DNA of 64,000 bases from Alphaproteobacteria bacterium (GCA_965248835.1 CBDFLJ010000002.1:352001-416000); one strand, 5' to 3'. Counted from the stretch's first letter, positions 39,696 to 49,213 are shown. Notes: generated from the sequence alone by a model not told the origin. A program made the numbers and translations.

Positions 39696-39890
39696 TCAAG
39701 TCGGTCGCAGGAAGACCAGGCCGAGCTCGGGGACCGCGACCAGGAGCACCGCGGTGACGATCGAATTGCCGACGATCTGAGCCACGCCGCGGATCAGGCC
39801 GTTGAACAGGGTCCGGCCGAGGATGTCTGCGCAGATCAGGAACATCAGGCAGAACACCGTGAACGTCCCCAGGCTGTTCGCGCCCGCGGT
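39696..39890 (-). pseudogene. TRAP remnant: DctQ N-terminal fragment fused in frame to a DctM C-terminal fragment
   Basis: Hand translation TAGANSLGTFTVFCLMFLICADILGRTLFNGLIRGVAQIVGNSIV-TAVLLVAVPELGLVFLRPT*; no start codon at the 5' end. Confidence 0.65.
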
Positions 39891-39912
39891 TCGGCAAACG
39901 CCCGCGGGGCGC

Positions 39913-40821
39913 TCACCGGCCTATCGGCGCATCGGGGCGGCTGCGCGATTCGCGCCGTGCAACGTAGGTGGTCGCCGCAACGATCATCGCGCCGCCGATC
40001 CAGACCTCCAGCCCGGGACGCTCGGCGAACAGCAGGAAGCCGAGCAGCGAGGCCCACACCAGCCGGAACAGGATCATCGGCTCGACCAGACCGACATCGG
40101 CCAGCCGGTAGGCCTGGATCACGCAGATATGTCCGCAGCTCCCCAGCGCGCCGATCAGCACCAGCACCGCGAGCTGCCCGAGGCTCGGCGTCTGCCAGAC
40201 CAAGGCCGCCGGGATCGCCGTGACCGGGATCATCAGAAGCGTCAGATAGGCAACGATCGTGGTTGTGGAATCGGTCCGGGTGAGGCCCTTGGCGATGAGC
40301 TTGGAGCCGGTCACGAAGCCGGCCGAACCCACCACCAGCATTGCGCCCAGCGTGATCTCGACGAAGCCCGGCCGCAGGATGACCAGCATGCCGGCCAACC
40401 CGACCGCCAGACCCACCACCCGGTGGAACCGGATCCGCTCACCGAGGATCAGGATCGCCCCGAAGATCGCGAACAGGGGGCTGGTCAGGGACAACGCCGT
40501 CGCATCAGCCAGCGGGATCAGGCTGAGCCCGGTGAACCAGCACAGCATCGAGCCGCCGTTGAGCAGCCCGCGCACCGCGTGAAGCCCGAACCGGTCGGTC
40601 TTGAAGGCCACGATCCCGATCCGCATGAGCCAGGGCAGGAGCACGCAGAAACCGAAGACGTTGCGGAAAAAGGCGATCACGAACGGGTGCAATTCGCCCG
40701 ACATGTAGCGGACCGTGCCGTGCATGCTTGCAAGGAAGGCGCTTGCCAGGATCATGAAGACGACGCCGGCGATTGCCGGCGAGCCCGCTCCGATCGCGTC
40801 GAGCCGGGCGGGGCCGTTCAA
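39913..40821 (-). CDS. DMT/EamA family transporter
   Basis: About 10 TM segments; AFFRN, LADATAL and LGER motifs. Confidence 0.9.
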   Translation of the reverse strand: MNGPARLDAIGAGSPAIAGVVFMILASAFLASMHGTVRYMSGELHPFVIAFFRNVFGFCVLLPWLMRIGIVAFKTDRFGLHAVRGLLNGGSMLCWFTGLSLIPLADATALSLTSPLFAIFGAILILGERIRFHRVVGLAVGLAGMLVILRPGFVEITLGAMLVVGSAGFVTGSKLIAKGLTRTDSTTTIVAYLTLLMIPVTAIPAALVWQTPSLGQLAVLVLIGALGSCGHICVIQAYRLADVGLVEPMILFRLVWASLLGFLLFAERPGLEVWIGGAMIVAATTYVARRESRSRPDAPIGR

Positions 40822-41237
40822 TCGACGAACCGCCGCTTCGCGGACTCGGGAAAGGCGATCGCGCGGATTCCCCTAGACGAGCCCGGATCGTCGGTCATCA
40901 GCACCCGCCGCTCGAAGCCTTCCACCGCCGGCTCGCCCCCGGCAAGGTTGATCCGGTGGCGGAGCAGGAAAGCGCGCGTGCTCCATTCGTCGACCCAGCT
41001 CTCCTGATCGATTTCATCGCCCAGCCGGCAGGGAAAGCGGAAGGTCGTGCCGGTCTCGATCAGCGGCATCCCGGTCACCCCGAAGTCGCGCGCGAGCTCC
41101 GGATAGCTCAGCCCGTTGGCGCTGAACAGCTTCTCGGTGGCTTGATCGAACCAGATCTGGAAGTTGGGGTAGAAAACGATGCCGGCGGAATCGCAGTGCG
41201 ACCAGGCGACGACAAAGCGGCTGCGGTAGGTCCTCAT
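40818..41237 (-). CDS. fcbC: 4-hydroxybenzoyl-CoA thioesterase (4HBT class I, FcbC-like)
   Basis: CDSAGIVFYPNF (catalytic Asp), WFD, EW, and the C-terminal RAI..P as in the Pseudomonas CBS3 enzyme. Confidence 0.75.
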   Translation of the reverse strand: MRTYRSRFVVAWSHCDSAGIVFYPNFQIWFDQATEKLFSANGLSYPELARDFGVTGMPLIETGTTFRFPCRLGDEIDQESWVDEWSTRAFLLRHRINLAGGEPAVEGFERRVLMTDDPGSSRGIRAIAFPESAKRRFVD

Positions 41238-41240
41238 CGC

Positions 41241-41702
41241 CTAGCCCGGTTGGTTGAGCCGGACCAGCAGGCCCATCAGCGTGTCGAGCTCGTCCGCGCT
41301 CAAATGGCCCGCGACCCGGTCCTCGTGCGTGCGCACCGCGACCCGCAGAGTCGCGAGCACCGCCTCGCCCCGGTCGGTCAGCACGATCGCGTTGGACCGG
41401 CGGTCGCCTTGCTGGGCCTTGCGGGCGAGGAGGCCCGCGTCCTCCAGCTTGTCGATCATGCGCACGATCACCGAGCGGTTGCTGCCGAAGACGTTGGCCA
41501 ACGCGGTCTGGGTCGATCCCGGGTTGGCGCCAACCACGATCAGGAGCCCGAACTGGCCGTGGGTCAGGCCGTGGCGCGCCAAGCGCGCCGAAAAGCCGGC
41601 ATAGACCAGCGTCTGGCCTCGGCGTAGCTGATAGCCGAGGAGTCCGGGCAGGATATCGAGGTCCAGGGGCCTTTCCCGGCCGAGGTGGGCATCGTCTGGC
41701 AT
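41241..41702 (-). CDS. MarR family transcriptional regulator
   Basis: GLTHGQF, TQTALA, IDKLE..GL and DRRS...LT..G. Confidence 0.93.
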   Translation of the reverse strand: MPDDAHLGRERPLDLDILPGLLGYQLRRGQTLVYAGFSARLARHGLTHGQFGLLIVVGANPGSTQTALANVFGSNRSVIVRMIDKLEDAGLLARKAQQGDRRSNAIVLTDRGEAVLATLRVAVRTHEDRVAGHLSADELDTLMGLLVRLNQPG

Positions 41703-41739
41703 GGCATTGCTATTGGTCGTTGCGGAAGGTTGCAGCTTA

Positions 41740-41785
41740 TGGCATTGTTTAATTGTTGACTAGGTAAATGATTGATTACATCACG
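41740..41785. promoter_or_regulatory. AT-rich divergent promoter with a putative MarR operator
   Basis: AT-rich patch in GC-rich DNA; imperfect palindrome TTGACTAGGTAA centred on CTAG (41756-41767) that overlaps a TTGACT -35-like hexamer. Confidence 0.5.
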
Positions 41786-41822
41786 CTCTGCGGTCCAGAT
41801 GTGGCACGCCGGGAGGGGAGCC

Positions 41823-42308
41823 ATGAGAACCGTCCTGTCTCTGAGCCTCAACGGGAAGGGCCGCGACGATGTCGTCGCGGACAACATGCTGCTGGTCGAC
41901 TACCTGCGCGAGGTCGCCGGCGCAACGGGCACCAAGATCGGCTGTGACGGCGGCGAGTGCGGCGCCTGCACGGTGCTGATCGACGACCGGCCGCGCCATT
42001 CGTGCCTGACCCTTGCCGGTGCCTGCCAGGGCGCCCGCGTCGAGACGATCGAATCCCTCGAGCGAAGCGGTCGGCTGTCGGCGATCCAACGCGGCTTTCA
42101 CGAAAAGCTCGGTGCCCAGTGCGGGTTCTGCACCCCCGGCATGATCATGGCCGCCGAAGGCCTGTTGCGGGCGAACCCCGACCCGGACGAGGCGGCGATT
42201 CGTTCCGGCATGGCGGCCAACATCTGCCGGTGCACCGGCTACATCAAGATCATCGAGGCGATACGCGCGGCCGCGGTCGAAATCGCGGCCGGGGAGGCGG
42301 CGGCATGA
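41823..42308 (+). CDS. hcrC: 4-hydroxybenzoyl-CoA reductase gamma (2x[2Fe-2S]) subunit
   Basis: [20 protein letters not shown] and CRCTGY. Confidence 0.9.
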   Translation: MRTVLSLSLNGKGRDDVVADNMLLVDYLREVAGATGTKIGCDGGECGACTVLIDDRPRHSCLTLAGACQGARVETIESLERSGRLSAIQRGFHEKLGAQCGFCTPGMIMAAEGLLRANPDPDEAAIRSGMAANICRCTGYIKIIEAIRAAAVEIAAGEAAA

Positions 42309-44641
42309 GCCAGGCGATCGGCCCCATCCAGACGATCGGCGTGCCGACGCCGCTGATCGACGGCCCGGAAAAGGTCTCCGGCAAGGCGCTTTATACCGCC
42401 GATTTCATCAACCAGGCCGAACTGGTCGGGCGGATCCTGCGCAGCCCGGTGGCGCATGCAAGGATCCTCAGCGTCGATACCAGCGCGGCCGAGGCGCTGC
42501 CCGGCGTCCACGCGGTGGTCACCGGTGCGGACTGCGCGGACACCTATGGCGTGCTTCCGATCGCGATGAACGAGTACGCGATCGCCAAGGACCGGGTGCG
42601 CTACCGCGGCGAGGCGGTGGCGGCGGTCGCGGCCGAGGATATTGTTACCGCCCAGCGTGCGCTCGATCTGATCGAAATCGTCTATGACGAGCTGCCGGCC
42701 TATTTCACCGCCGAGGCGGCGCGCGCGGCGGATGCGATCCAACTCCACGACGAGCGGCCGGGCAATATCGAGCGCGAGGTTGACTTCGAGCTCGGCGATG
42801 TCGCGGCCGGGTTTGCCGCCGCCGATCTGGTGCGCGAGCGGACCTATCAGCTTGGCGAGGTCTGCCAGGTCCAGTCCGAGCCGCACGCCGCTCAGGCCGA
42901 ATACGACGCCACGCGCGAGCGCATCACCGTCCGCGCGTCCACCCAAGTGCCCTATTACGTCCACCTGATGCTCGCCCGCACGCTGGGCATGGAGCAGTCC
43001 GACATAAGGGTGATCAAGCCCCATGTCGGCGGCGGGTTCGGATGCCGGACCGAGGCGCTGCATGTCGAGCTGGTCGCCGCCCTGCTCGCGCGCAAGGCGC
43101 GCGGCACCGTCCGCCTGGTCCTGAGCCGCGAGGAGACTTTCATCACCCATCGCGGCCGCCAGGAGACTGCGGTCAAGCTCAAGCTCGGGATGAAGAAGGA
43201 CGGCACGATTACCGCGGTCGAGTGCGAATCGGTCCACCGCGCCGGCGGCTATTCGGGCTACGGGATCGTCACCATCCTCTACAACGGCTCGATGCTGTTT
43301 GCGATCTACGACCTGGAGAACGTCAAGTACAAGGGATTCCGGGTCTTGACCAACATGCCGCCGCCCGGCGCCTTCCGGGGCCACGGCACGGTCAACATCC
43401 GGTTCGCCTTCGAGAGCCTGCTCGACGACATGGCCGAGACGCTGGGGCTTGACCCGTTCACGGTCAGACGGGCGAACCTGCTGAGCGCGCCGACGTTTAC
43501 GGCCAACGAACTGATGGTCAATTCCTACGGCCTGCCCGAGTGTCTGGATATCGTCGAAAAGGTATCGGGCTGGAAGGAGCGGCGCGGCAAGCTCGGTCCC
43601 AACCGCGGCCTCGGCATGGCGTGCTCGCACTACATCTCCGGTGCGTCCAAGCCCAAGCACTGGACCGGTGAGCCGCACGCGACGATCCAGCTCAAGCTCG
43701 ACTGGGATTCCTCGATCACACTGTTGACCGGCGCGGCCGAGATCGGCCAGGGCTCGTCCACCGTCCTTGCCCAGTGCGTGGCCGAGGTGCTGGGGATCGA
43801 TATCAGCCGGATCAACGTCGTCGCCTCCGACAGCGCGCTCACCCCGAAGGACAACGGCTCCTATTCCTCGCGGGTCACCTATATGGTCGGCAACGCCGCG
43901 ATCAATGCGGCCGAGAACCTGAAGGCCGTGCTGACCGACGCGGCAGCGAAAAAACTCGACGTCCGTCCCGAGGACGTCGAATGCCTGGGCGATGTCTACC
44001 GTGCCGGTTCTCAGGACGAGGGCCTGACCTGGAAGGAGGTCGTGATGGCGGCCCTGGAAGGCACCGGCACGATCACCGTCAAGGGCACCTTCGATACCAT
44101 TCCCGAGTCCTGGGGCGGGCGGAAATACCGCGGTGCCGCGATCGGCGGGACGATGGCCTTCGCCTACTCCGCGCTGGTCTGCGAAGTCGCGGTCGATCCG
44201 GAAACCTGCGAGATCTCGGTCGAGAAGGTCTGGGTTGCCCATGACTGCGGCAAGGCGCTCAACCCGCTCTCGGTCGAGGGCCAGATCGAAGGCTCGGTCT
44301 GGATGGGCATGGGCCAGGCGCTGTCCGAAGAGACCCGCTACCACGACGGGCTCGGGATCACCGGCAACATGCTCGACTACCGCGTGCCGACGATCGTCGA
44401 ATCGCCGCCGATCGAGACCCACATCGTCGAAAGCGCCGACCCGCACGGCCCGTTCGGCGCCAAGGAGGCCGGCGAGACCTCGCTTGCCAACTTCCTGCCG
44501 GCGCTGACCAGTGCGGTCGCCGATGCGCTGGGCGTGCGCGCCAGCGAGCTGCCGCTGACCCCGGACCGGTTGATGGAGCTGCTGGAGAAGAGGGAAACGG
44601 ACACGCGGGTCGCGGCGCGCCGGATCGGGGAGGCCGGGTGA
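42305..44641 (+). CDS. hcrA: 4-hydroxybenzoyl-CoA reductase alpha (Mo-MCD) subunit
   Basis: [29 protein letters not shown] and GAKEAGE typical of HcrA/HbaC. Confidence 0.9.
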   Translation: MSQAIGPIQTIGVPTPLIDGPEKVSGKALYTADFINQAELVGRILRSPVAHARILSVDTSAAEALPGVHAVVTGADCADTYGVLPIAMNEYAIAKDRVRYRGEAVAAVAAEDIVTAQRALDLIEIVYDELPAYFTAEAARAADAIQLHDERPGNIEREVDFELGDVAAGFAAADLVRERTYQLGEVCQVQSEPHAAQAEYDATRERITVRASTQVPYYVHLMLARTLGMEQSDIRVIKPHVGGGFGCRTEALHVELVAALLARKARGTVRLVLSREETFITHRGRQETAVKLKLGMKKDGTITAVECESVHRAGGYSGYGIVTILYNGSMLFAIYDLENVKYKGFRVLTNMPPPGAFRGHGTVNIRFAFESLLDDMAETLGLDPFTVRRANLLSAPTFTANELMVNSYGLPECLDIVEKVSGWKERRGKLGPNRGLGMACSHYISGASKPKHWTGEPHATIQLKLDWDSSITLLTGAAEIGQGSSTVLAQCVAEVLGIDISRINVVASDSALTPKDNGSYSSRVTYMVGNAAINAAENLKAVLTDAAAKKLDVRPEDVECLGDVYRAGSQDEGLTWKEVVMAALEGTGTITVKGTFDTIPESWGGRKYRGAAIGGTMAFAYSALVCEVAVDPETCEISVEKVWVAHDCGKALNPLSVEGQIEGSVWMGMGQALSEETRYHDGLGITGNMLDYRVPTIVESPPIETHIVESADPHGPFGAKEAGETSLANFLPALTSAVADALGVRASELPLTPDRLMELLEKRETDTRVAARRIGEAG

Positions 44642-45618
44642 TGGAGTACATGCCGGCCTTCAAGTTGGAGCGGCCCGATACGGTCGCAGACGCGGTCCGG
44701 CTGCGCGCAGCCGATGAGACCGGGCGCTATCTCGCCGGCGGGACCGACATGGTGGTCAACGTCCGGCGCGGGATCGAGGCGCCGACGACATTGGTCGACC
44801 TGACCAACGTTGCCGAGCTCAAGGAGATCCGCGCGGACGCGGACGGGCTGCATATCGGCGCCGCCGTCCCGCTGAGCGCGGTTGCCGCCCATCCCGATGT
44901 CGCGCGCGACTACGCCGCCGTTGCCGAGGCCGCCGCCGCGGTGGCCGGCCCCACCCATCAGAACTACGGCACCGTCGGCGGGAACCTGTGCCTGGACACC
45001 CGCTGCCTCTACTACAACCAGAGCGAGTGGTGGCGCCGGTCCAACGATTATTGCCTCAAGCACCGGGGCGAGGTGTGCCATGTCGCGCCCGGCGGCAAGC
45101 GTTGCTTCGCGACGTTCTCCGGCGACCTCGCGCCGGCCGCACTGGTCCACGGGGCCGAGGTGACGCTTGCCGGCCCCGACGGCGACCGGCTTGTGCCGCT
45201 GCAGGAGATCTACAGGAACGACGGGATGGATCACCTCGCGCTGGGGCGCTACGAGCTGCTGACCACGCTGCATCTGCCCAAGGCCGGGGCGGGCCTGCCT
45301 TCGGGCTACCGCAAGGCACGGGTCAGGGGCTCGATCGATTTCCCGCTGGCCGGTGCCGCCGTCGGACTCAGGATGGACAACGGCGCGCCGGCCGAACTCA
45401 GGATCGCGGTGACCGCGGTCAACCCCATTCCCCATATGATCAAGGGCACCGACGCCTTCCTCGGCAAGCCGCTCGACGGGGCCGCGCTCGATGCGCTGCG
45501 CGATGCGGTGCGCAGCCAGGCCAAGCCGATGCGGACCACCACGGTCGCGCCGTGGTATCGTCGCCGCGTGGTGGGTGCGCTGGCCCGGCAGCTCGTGGAG
45601 CGTCTCCAGGCCGCCTGA
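44641..45618 (+). CDS. hcrB: 4-hydroxybenzoyl-CoA reductase beta (FAD, [4Fe-4S]) subunit
   Basis: AGGTD, plus the HBCR-specific 4-Cys insertion CLDTRCLYYNQSEWWRRSNDYCLKHRGEVCHVAPGGKRC. Confidence 0.93.
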   Translation: MEYMPAFKLERPDTVADAVRLRAADETGRYLAGGTDMVVNVRRGIEAPTTLVDLTNVAELKEIRADADGLHIGAAVPLSAVAAHPDVARDYAAVAEAAAAVAGPTHQNYGTVGGNLCLDTRCLYYNQSEWWRRSNDYCLKHRGEVCHVAPGGKRCFATFSGDLAPAALVHGAEVTLAGPDGDRLVPLQEIYRNDGMDHLALGRYELLTTLHLPKAGAGLPSGYRKARVRGSIDFPLAGAAVGLRMDNGAPAELRIAVTAVNPIPHMIKGTDAFLGKPLDGAALDALRDAVRSQAKPMRTTTVAPWYRRRVVGALARQLVERLQAA

Positions 45619-45654
45619 GCCCGCCCTGCTGCAAACCCGGGGAGGGCAGAAGAG

Positions 45655-46491
45655 ATGGCCAGGGCAAATGTGCGCGGGATCGGCATCAACTACCAGGTCC
45701 TGGGCGAGGACGGCCCCTGGGTCGCGCTGTCGCCCGGCGGGCGGCGCGGCATGGAGGCCGTGGATTCGCTGGCCGGGCGGATCGCCGGGGCCGGCTACCG
45801 CGTGGTGATCCACGACCGGCGCAATTGCGGCGCCTCGGACGTCGTCATCGGCGGCGCGGAATCGGAATACGAAAGCTGGGCCGACGACCTCCACGCGCTG
45901 CTCCATCAGCTCGGCGCCCTGCCGGCGTTCATCGGCGGCGCGTCCTCGGGCTGCCGTACCTCGATCCTGTTCTACCTCCGCCACCGCGAGGCGACCCGTG
46001 CGCTGATGCTGTGGCGGGTGACCGGCGGCAAGTTCGCCGCCGAGCGCCTGGCATGGAACTATTACGGTCTGTTCATCGAGGCGGCGAAGAACGGCGGCAT
46101 GGAAGCGGTCTGCCGGACCGAGCATTTCAGCGACCGTTTCGCCCAGTGGCCGGCCAACCGGGGCCGGCTGATGGCGATGGACCCGGCCGACTTCATCGAC
46201 CGGATGGAGCACTGGCGGCGCTTTTTCCTGGCTGGCGCGGACCTGCCGGTGATCGGCGCCTCCGAGGAGGATCTGCGCTCGATCGCGGTGCCGACGATCA
46301 TCGTGCCGGGCTGCGACCGCATCCACGGCATCGAAACCGGCCGCAACGCGCACCTCCTGATCCCCGGCGCCGAGCTCTACGAGATGTTCACCGAGCAGGT
46401 TGACGTCGACCTCTACCCGCTCGAGGAATGGGACGCGCGCGAGGGGGAGCTCGCCGGCGCCTTCATCGATTTCCTCGAGCGCGCCGCGTAA
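45655..46491 (+). CDS. Alpha/beta-fold hydrolase
   Basis: HDRRNCGAS, the G-A-S-S-G nucleophile elbow, and PTIIVPG.D. Confidence 0.82.
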   Translation: MARANVRGIGINYQVLGEDGPWVALSPGGRRGMEAVDSLAGRIAGAGYRVVIHDRRNCGASDVVIGGAESEYESWADDLHALLHQLGALPAFIGGASSGCRTSILFYLRHREATRALMLWRVTGGKFAAERLAWNYYGLFIEAAKNGGMEAVCRTEHFSDRFAQWPANRGRLMAMDPADFIDRMEHWRRFFLAGADLPVIGASEEDLRSIAVPTIIVPGCDRIHGIETGRNAHLLIPGAELYEMFTEQVDVDLYPLEEWDAREGELAGAFIDFLERAA

Positions 46492-46501
46492 AGGATCAGC
46501 G

Positions 46502-47320
46502 ATGCCGACGCGAGACTACGAGACCCTGCTTCTCGACATCGTCGACGGGGTCGGGCGGATCACCTTCAACCTGCCGCAATTCGGCAACGCGCTCACCCGG
46601 ATCGGCGTCGAGGAATTGCTCGCCGCGCTGAATGCCTGCGAGTCCGATGAAACCGTCGGCGCGGTCATGCTGACCGGCGCCGGCCGGAGCTTCTGCGCCG
46701 GCTTCAACCTCAAGGAGATCCCGCCGGTCGATGACGGGATCGCGCCGATCGCCGACCACTTCCGCGATCTGGCGATGTGGTGGCATCTGGTGCTGCACAA
46801 GATCGTCCATATCCCCAAGCCGGTGATGTCGGCGGTCAACGGGGCTGCCGCCGGCTCCGGGCTCGGCATGGCGCTGTGCTCGGATCTCGTGGTGTGCTCG
46901 CAGGACGCGCGGTTCCTGTGCGCCTGGCACACCATCGGGCTGGCCAACGATGCGACCACCAGCTATTCGCTTGCCAAGATCGTCGGCTTCCGCCGCGCCC
47001 AGGAGATGATGATCACCAACCGCACGCTGGGAGCGGCCGAGGCGGTCGAATGGGGCATCGCCAACCGCGTCTACCCGGCCGCGACCTTCGCCGAGACCGC
47101 CGCCGCCATCGCCCGCGACCTCGCCGCCGCGCCCACCCACCTCCAGGCGATGGCCAAGGAAAGCTTTCACCTCGGCTGGCGGCGGTCGATCGAGGAGGCG
47201 ACGGAATACGAGATCAAGAATGTCATGACCTCGGTCCGCGACCCCTATTTCCACGCCGCGCTCAAGCGCTTCCTCGAAGACGGCGGCAAGTCCTCCAAGG
47301 TCCAGGTCGAATTGCCCTGA
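46502..47320 (+). CDS. fcbB: 4-chlorobenzoyl-CoA dehalogenase homolog
   Basis: FCAGF..EIP, DHFR..WWH, CAWHTIGLAND, SYSLA.IVG, AAAPTHLQ.MAK and VELP match the CBS3 dehalogenase along its whole length; His90, Trp137 and Asp145 equivalents present. Confidence 0.9.
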   Translation: MPTRDYETLLLDIVDGVGRITFNLPQFGNALTRIGVEELLAALNACESDETVGAVMLTGAGRSFCAGFNLKEIPPVDDGIAPIADHFRDLAMWWHLVLHKIVHIPKPVMSAVNGAAAGSGLGMALCSDLVVCSQDARFLCAWHTIGLANDATTSYSLAKIVGFRRAQEMMITNRTLGAAEAVEWGIANRVYPAATFAETAAAIARDLAAAPTHLQAMAKESFHLGWRRSIEEATEYEIKNVMTSVRDPYFHAALKRFLEDGGKSSKVQVELP

Positions 47321-47365
47321 AGCGATCGGACATGCACCGACCACGCCGATCGTGAAGACAAACGC

Positions 47366-47381
47366 CGCCCGCCGGCGGGCG
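47366..47381. terminator. Perfect GC palindrome between convergent genes
   Basis: cgcccgccggcgggcg. Confidence 0.4.
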
Positions 47382-47409
47382 TGCAATCACCGACGGCTGC
47401 CGCCGCGCC

Positions 47410-48402
47410 TCAGCTCTTGGACTGCTCCAGGGTTTCCGGGGTAAACAGGTCTTCGATGGCGAGCGGGCGCTTGGACAGGCCCTGCTCGTATGAGTACCGC
47501 GCCATGGTCTCGATCGATTTCCGGTTCTTCTCGATGCCGTAGGGCCAGTAGTCCTCGCCCATCAGGGCAATGGTCTCCTCGACCTCGGCGGCGAGCCAGG
47601 GCACCGTGGCCTTGACCGCGCCGAAATTGCGCAGACCCGGCATGGCCACCGCCTTGGCCTTCTCGAAGGCCTCGAAAACGTTGTTGGCGAGCCAGCGGTG
47701 CTCATCGACCAGCGAGCGGCGCAGGGCGGCGACATGCATGATCGGGTGCACCCCGGTCCTCTTGTAATAATCCTTCTCCAGCGCGCGGTAGTCGGGGAAC
47801 AAGCGGCCGATGTCGGGGTGGCCCTTGAGGAAGGCCGACGGCGGCAGGGGCGAGACCATGGCGTCGAGCTCGCCGTCCGCCATCATCCCCGACAGGCTCT
47901 TGTCCGCAGGGATCGGCCGGCAGACGATGTCGGACGGCAAATCCAGGCTCAGCTTCTCCGGCCGGCCGGGGTCCTCGATCCCGCCGGTGAGCCAGGTGAC
48001 GTCCGAGGCCTTGACGCCGTATTCGTCCGACAGCATGCCGCGGGCGGCCAGGGCCGCGGTGACCTGGTACTCCGGCACGCCGACGGCGCGGCCCTTGAGG
48101 TCCTGCGGGTCTTTGATCCCCCGGTCGGTGCGGATGTAGATCGCCGAATAGCGCCACATGCGCGACAGAAACACGGGGATCGCGACGTAGGGTGCCTCGC
48201 CCCGGTCGAGCATCATCATATAGGAGCTGAACGACAGCTCGGTCAGATCGAACTCCTGGTTGCGGATCGCGCGGAAGAAGATGTCGTGGATGTCGAGTGC
48301 GAAATGGGTGGCATCGCAGCCCTCGATCCTCACCCTGCCGTCGGCCAGCGCCTGCACCCGGTCGTAGTCCCAAAACGTCATCGTCAACGGCAGCAGCGCC
48401 AT
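47410..48402 (-). CDS. 4,5-dihydroxyphthalate decarboxylase-like (Pht5/OphC family, PBP fold)
   Basis: YDR..L.DGRV, IFFR, ELSFSSY, PVFLSR, GVPEYQ.TA, PIMH and DYWPYG. Confidence 0.8.
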   Translation of the reverse strand: MALLPLTMTFWDYDRVQALADGRVRIEGCDATHFALDIHDIFFRAIRNQEFDLTELSFSSYMMMLDRGEAPYVAIPVFLSRMWRYSAIYIRTDRGIKDPQDLKGRAVGVPEYQVTAALAARGMLSDEYGVKASDVTWLTGGIEDPGRPEKLSLDLPSDIVCRPIPADKSLSGMMADGELDAMVSPLPPSAFLKGHPDIGRLFPDYRALEKDYYKRTGVHPIMHVAALRRSLVDEHRWLANNVFEAFEKAKAVAMPGLRNFGAVKATVPWLAAEVEETIALMGEDYWPYGIEKNRKSIETMARYSYEQGLSKRPLAIEDLFTPETLEQSKS

Positions 48403-48517
48403 CGCATCCTCCCCCGGCTCACGGCTCAGCAAACCCAACCGTCCCATATGTCGTGGGCCGGGACAATTGCCAGCCGCGCCGAATTCGCGCAGCTTTGGCG
48501 ATCGATCGCGAGGCTTT

Positions 48518-49213
48518 ATGGCGAATCGGTTCTACCGACGGGTCACCGTCGAGCCCGTTGCCGGCGGGTTCGCGGTGCGGCTCGATGCGAAAGCGCTGCT
48601 CAGCCCGGGCAAGCGGGCGCTGCTGTTGCCGGGCGCGTCCCTGGCCCGCGCGATCGCGGCGGAATGGGATGGCCAGGGAAAACGCATCGATCCGGCGACG
48701 ATGCCGCTCACCCGCCTGGCCAATACCGCGCTGGATACCGTGATCGAGCGGCGGGACGCGGTGATCGGCGAGGTCGCGAAATACGCCGAGACCGATCTGG
48801 TATGCTACCGCGTCACACAGCCCGATTCCTTGCGGCGGCGCCAGGCCGAGGCCTGGGACCCGTTGGTCGCGTGGGTCGGAGAGGCCCACGGCGCCAGGCT
48901 CGTCGTAACCACCGGGCTGTTGCCTGCGGTCCAGCCCGAAGCCGCGCTGGCGGCCATCCGAGGCGCGGTCGAGGCGTTCGACGACTTCAGCCTGACCGCC
49001 CTGCACGCGGCGACCGGCGCGTTGGGCTCTGTGGTGATCGCGCTGGCCATGGCGGCCGGTCGGCTCGGCGCGGAGGCGACCCTGCACGCCTCGCTGATCG
49101 AGGAGCGCTACCAGAACGAACGCTGGGGCGAGGACGCCGATGCCGAGACCCGGCGCGCCAGGCTGCACGATGACCTGGCGGCGGCAGACCGTTTCCTGAG
49201 CCTGTGCCGGTGA
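48518..49213 (+). CDS. ATP12 F1-ATPase assembly chaperone
   Basis: [27 protein letters not shown] and WGED. Confidence 0.92.
   Translation: MANRFYRRVTVEPVAGGFAVRLDAKALLSPGKRALLLPGASLARAIAAEWDGQGKRIDPATMPLTRLANTALDTVIERRDAVIGEVAKYAETDLVCYRVTQPDSLRRRQAEAWDPLVAWVGEAHGARLVVTTGLLPAVQPEAALAAIRGAVEAFDDFSLTALHAATGALGSVVIALAMAAGRLGAEATLHASLIEERYQNERWGEDADAETRRARLHDDLAAADRFLSLCR

Noticed and set aside
41702-41716. Sigma54-like TGGCAT-N5-TTGG upstream of hcrC
   Set aside because: Lacks the conserved -12 GC, and no enhancer-binding activator gene is nearby.
41772-41784. FNR-like TTGAT-N3-ATCAC upstream of hcrC
   Set aside because: The spacer is 3 nt rather than 4 and the right half-site is imperfect.
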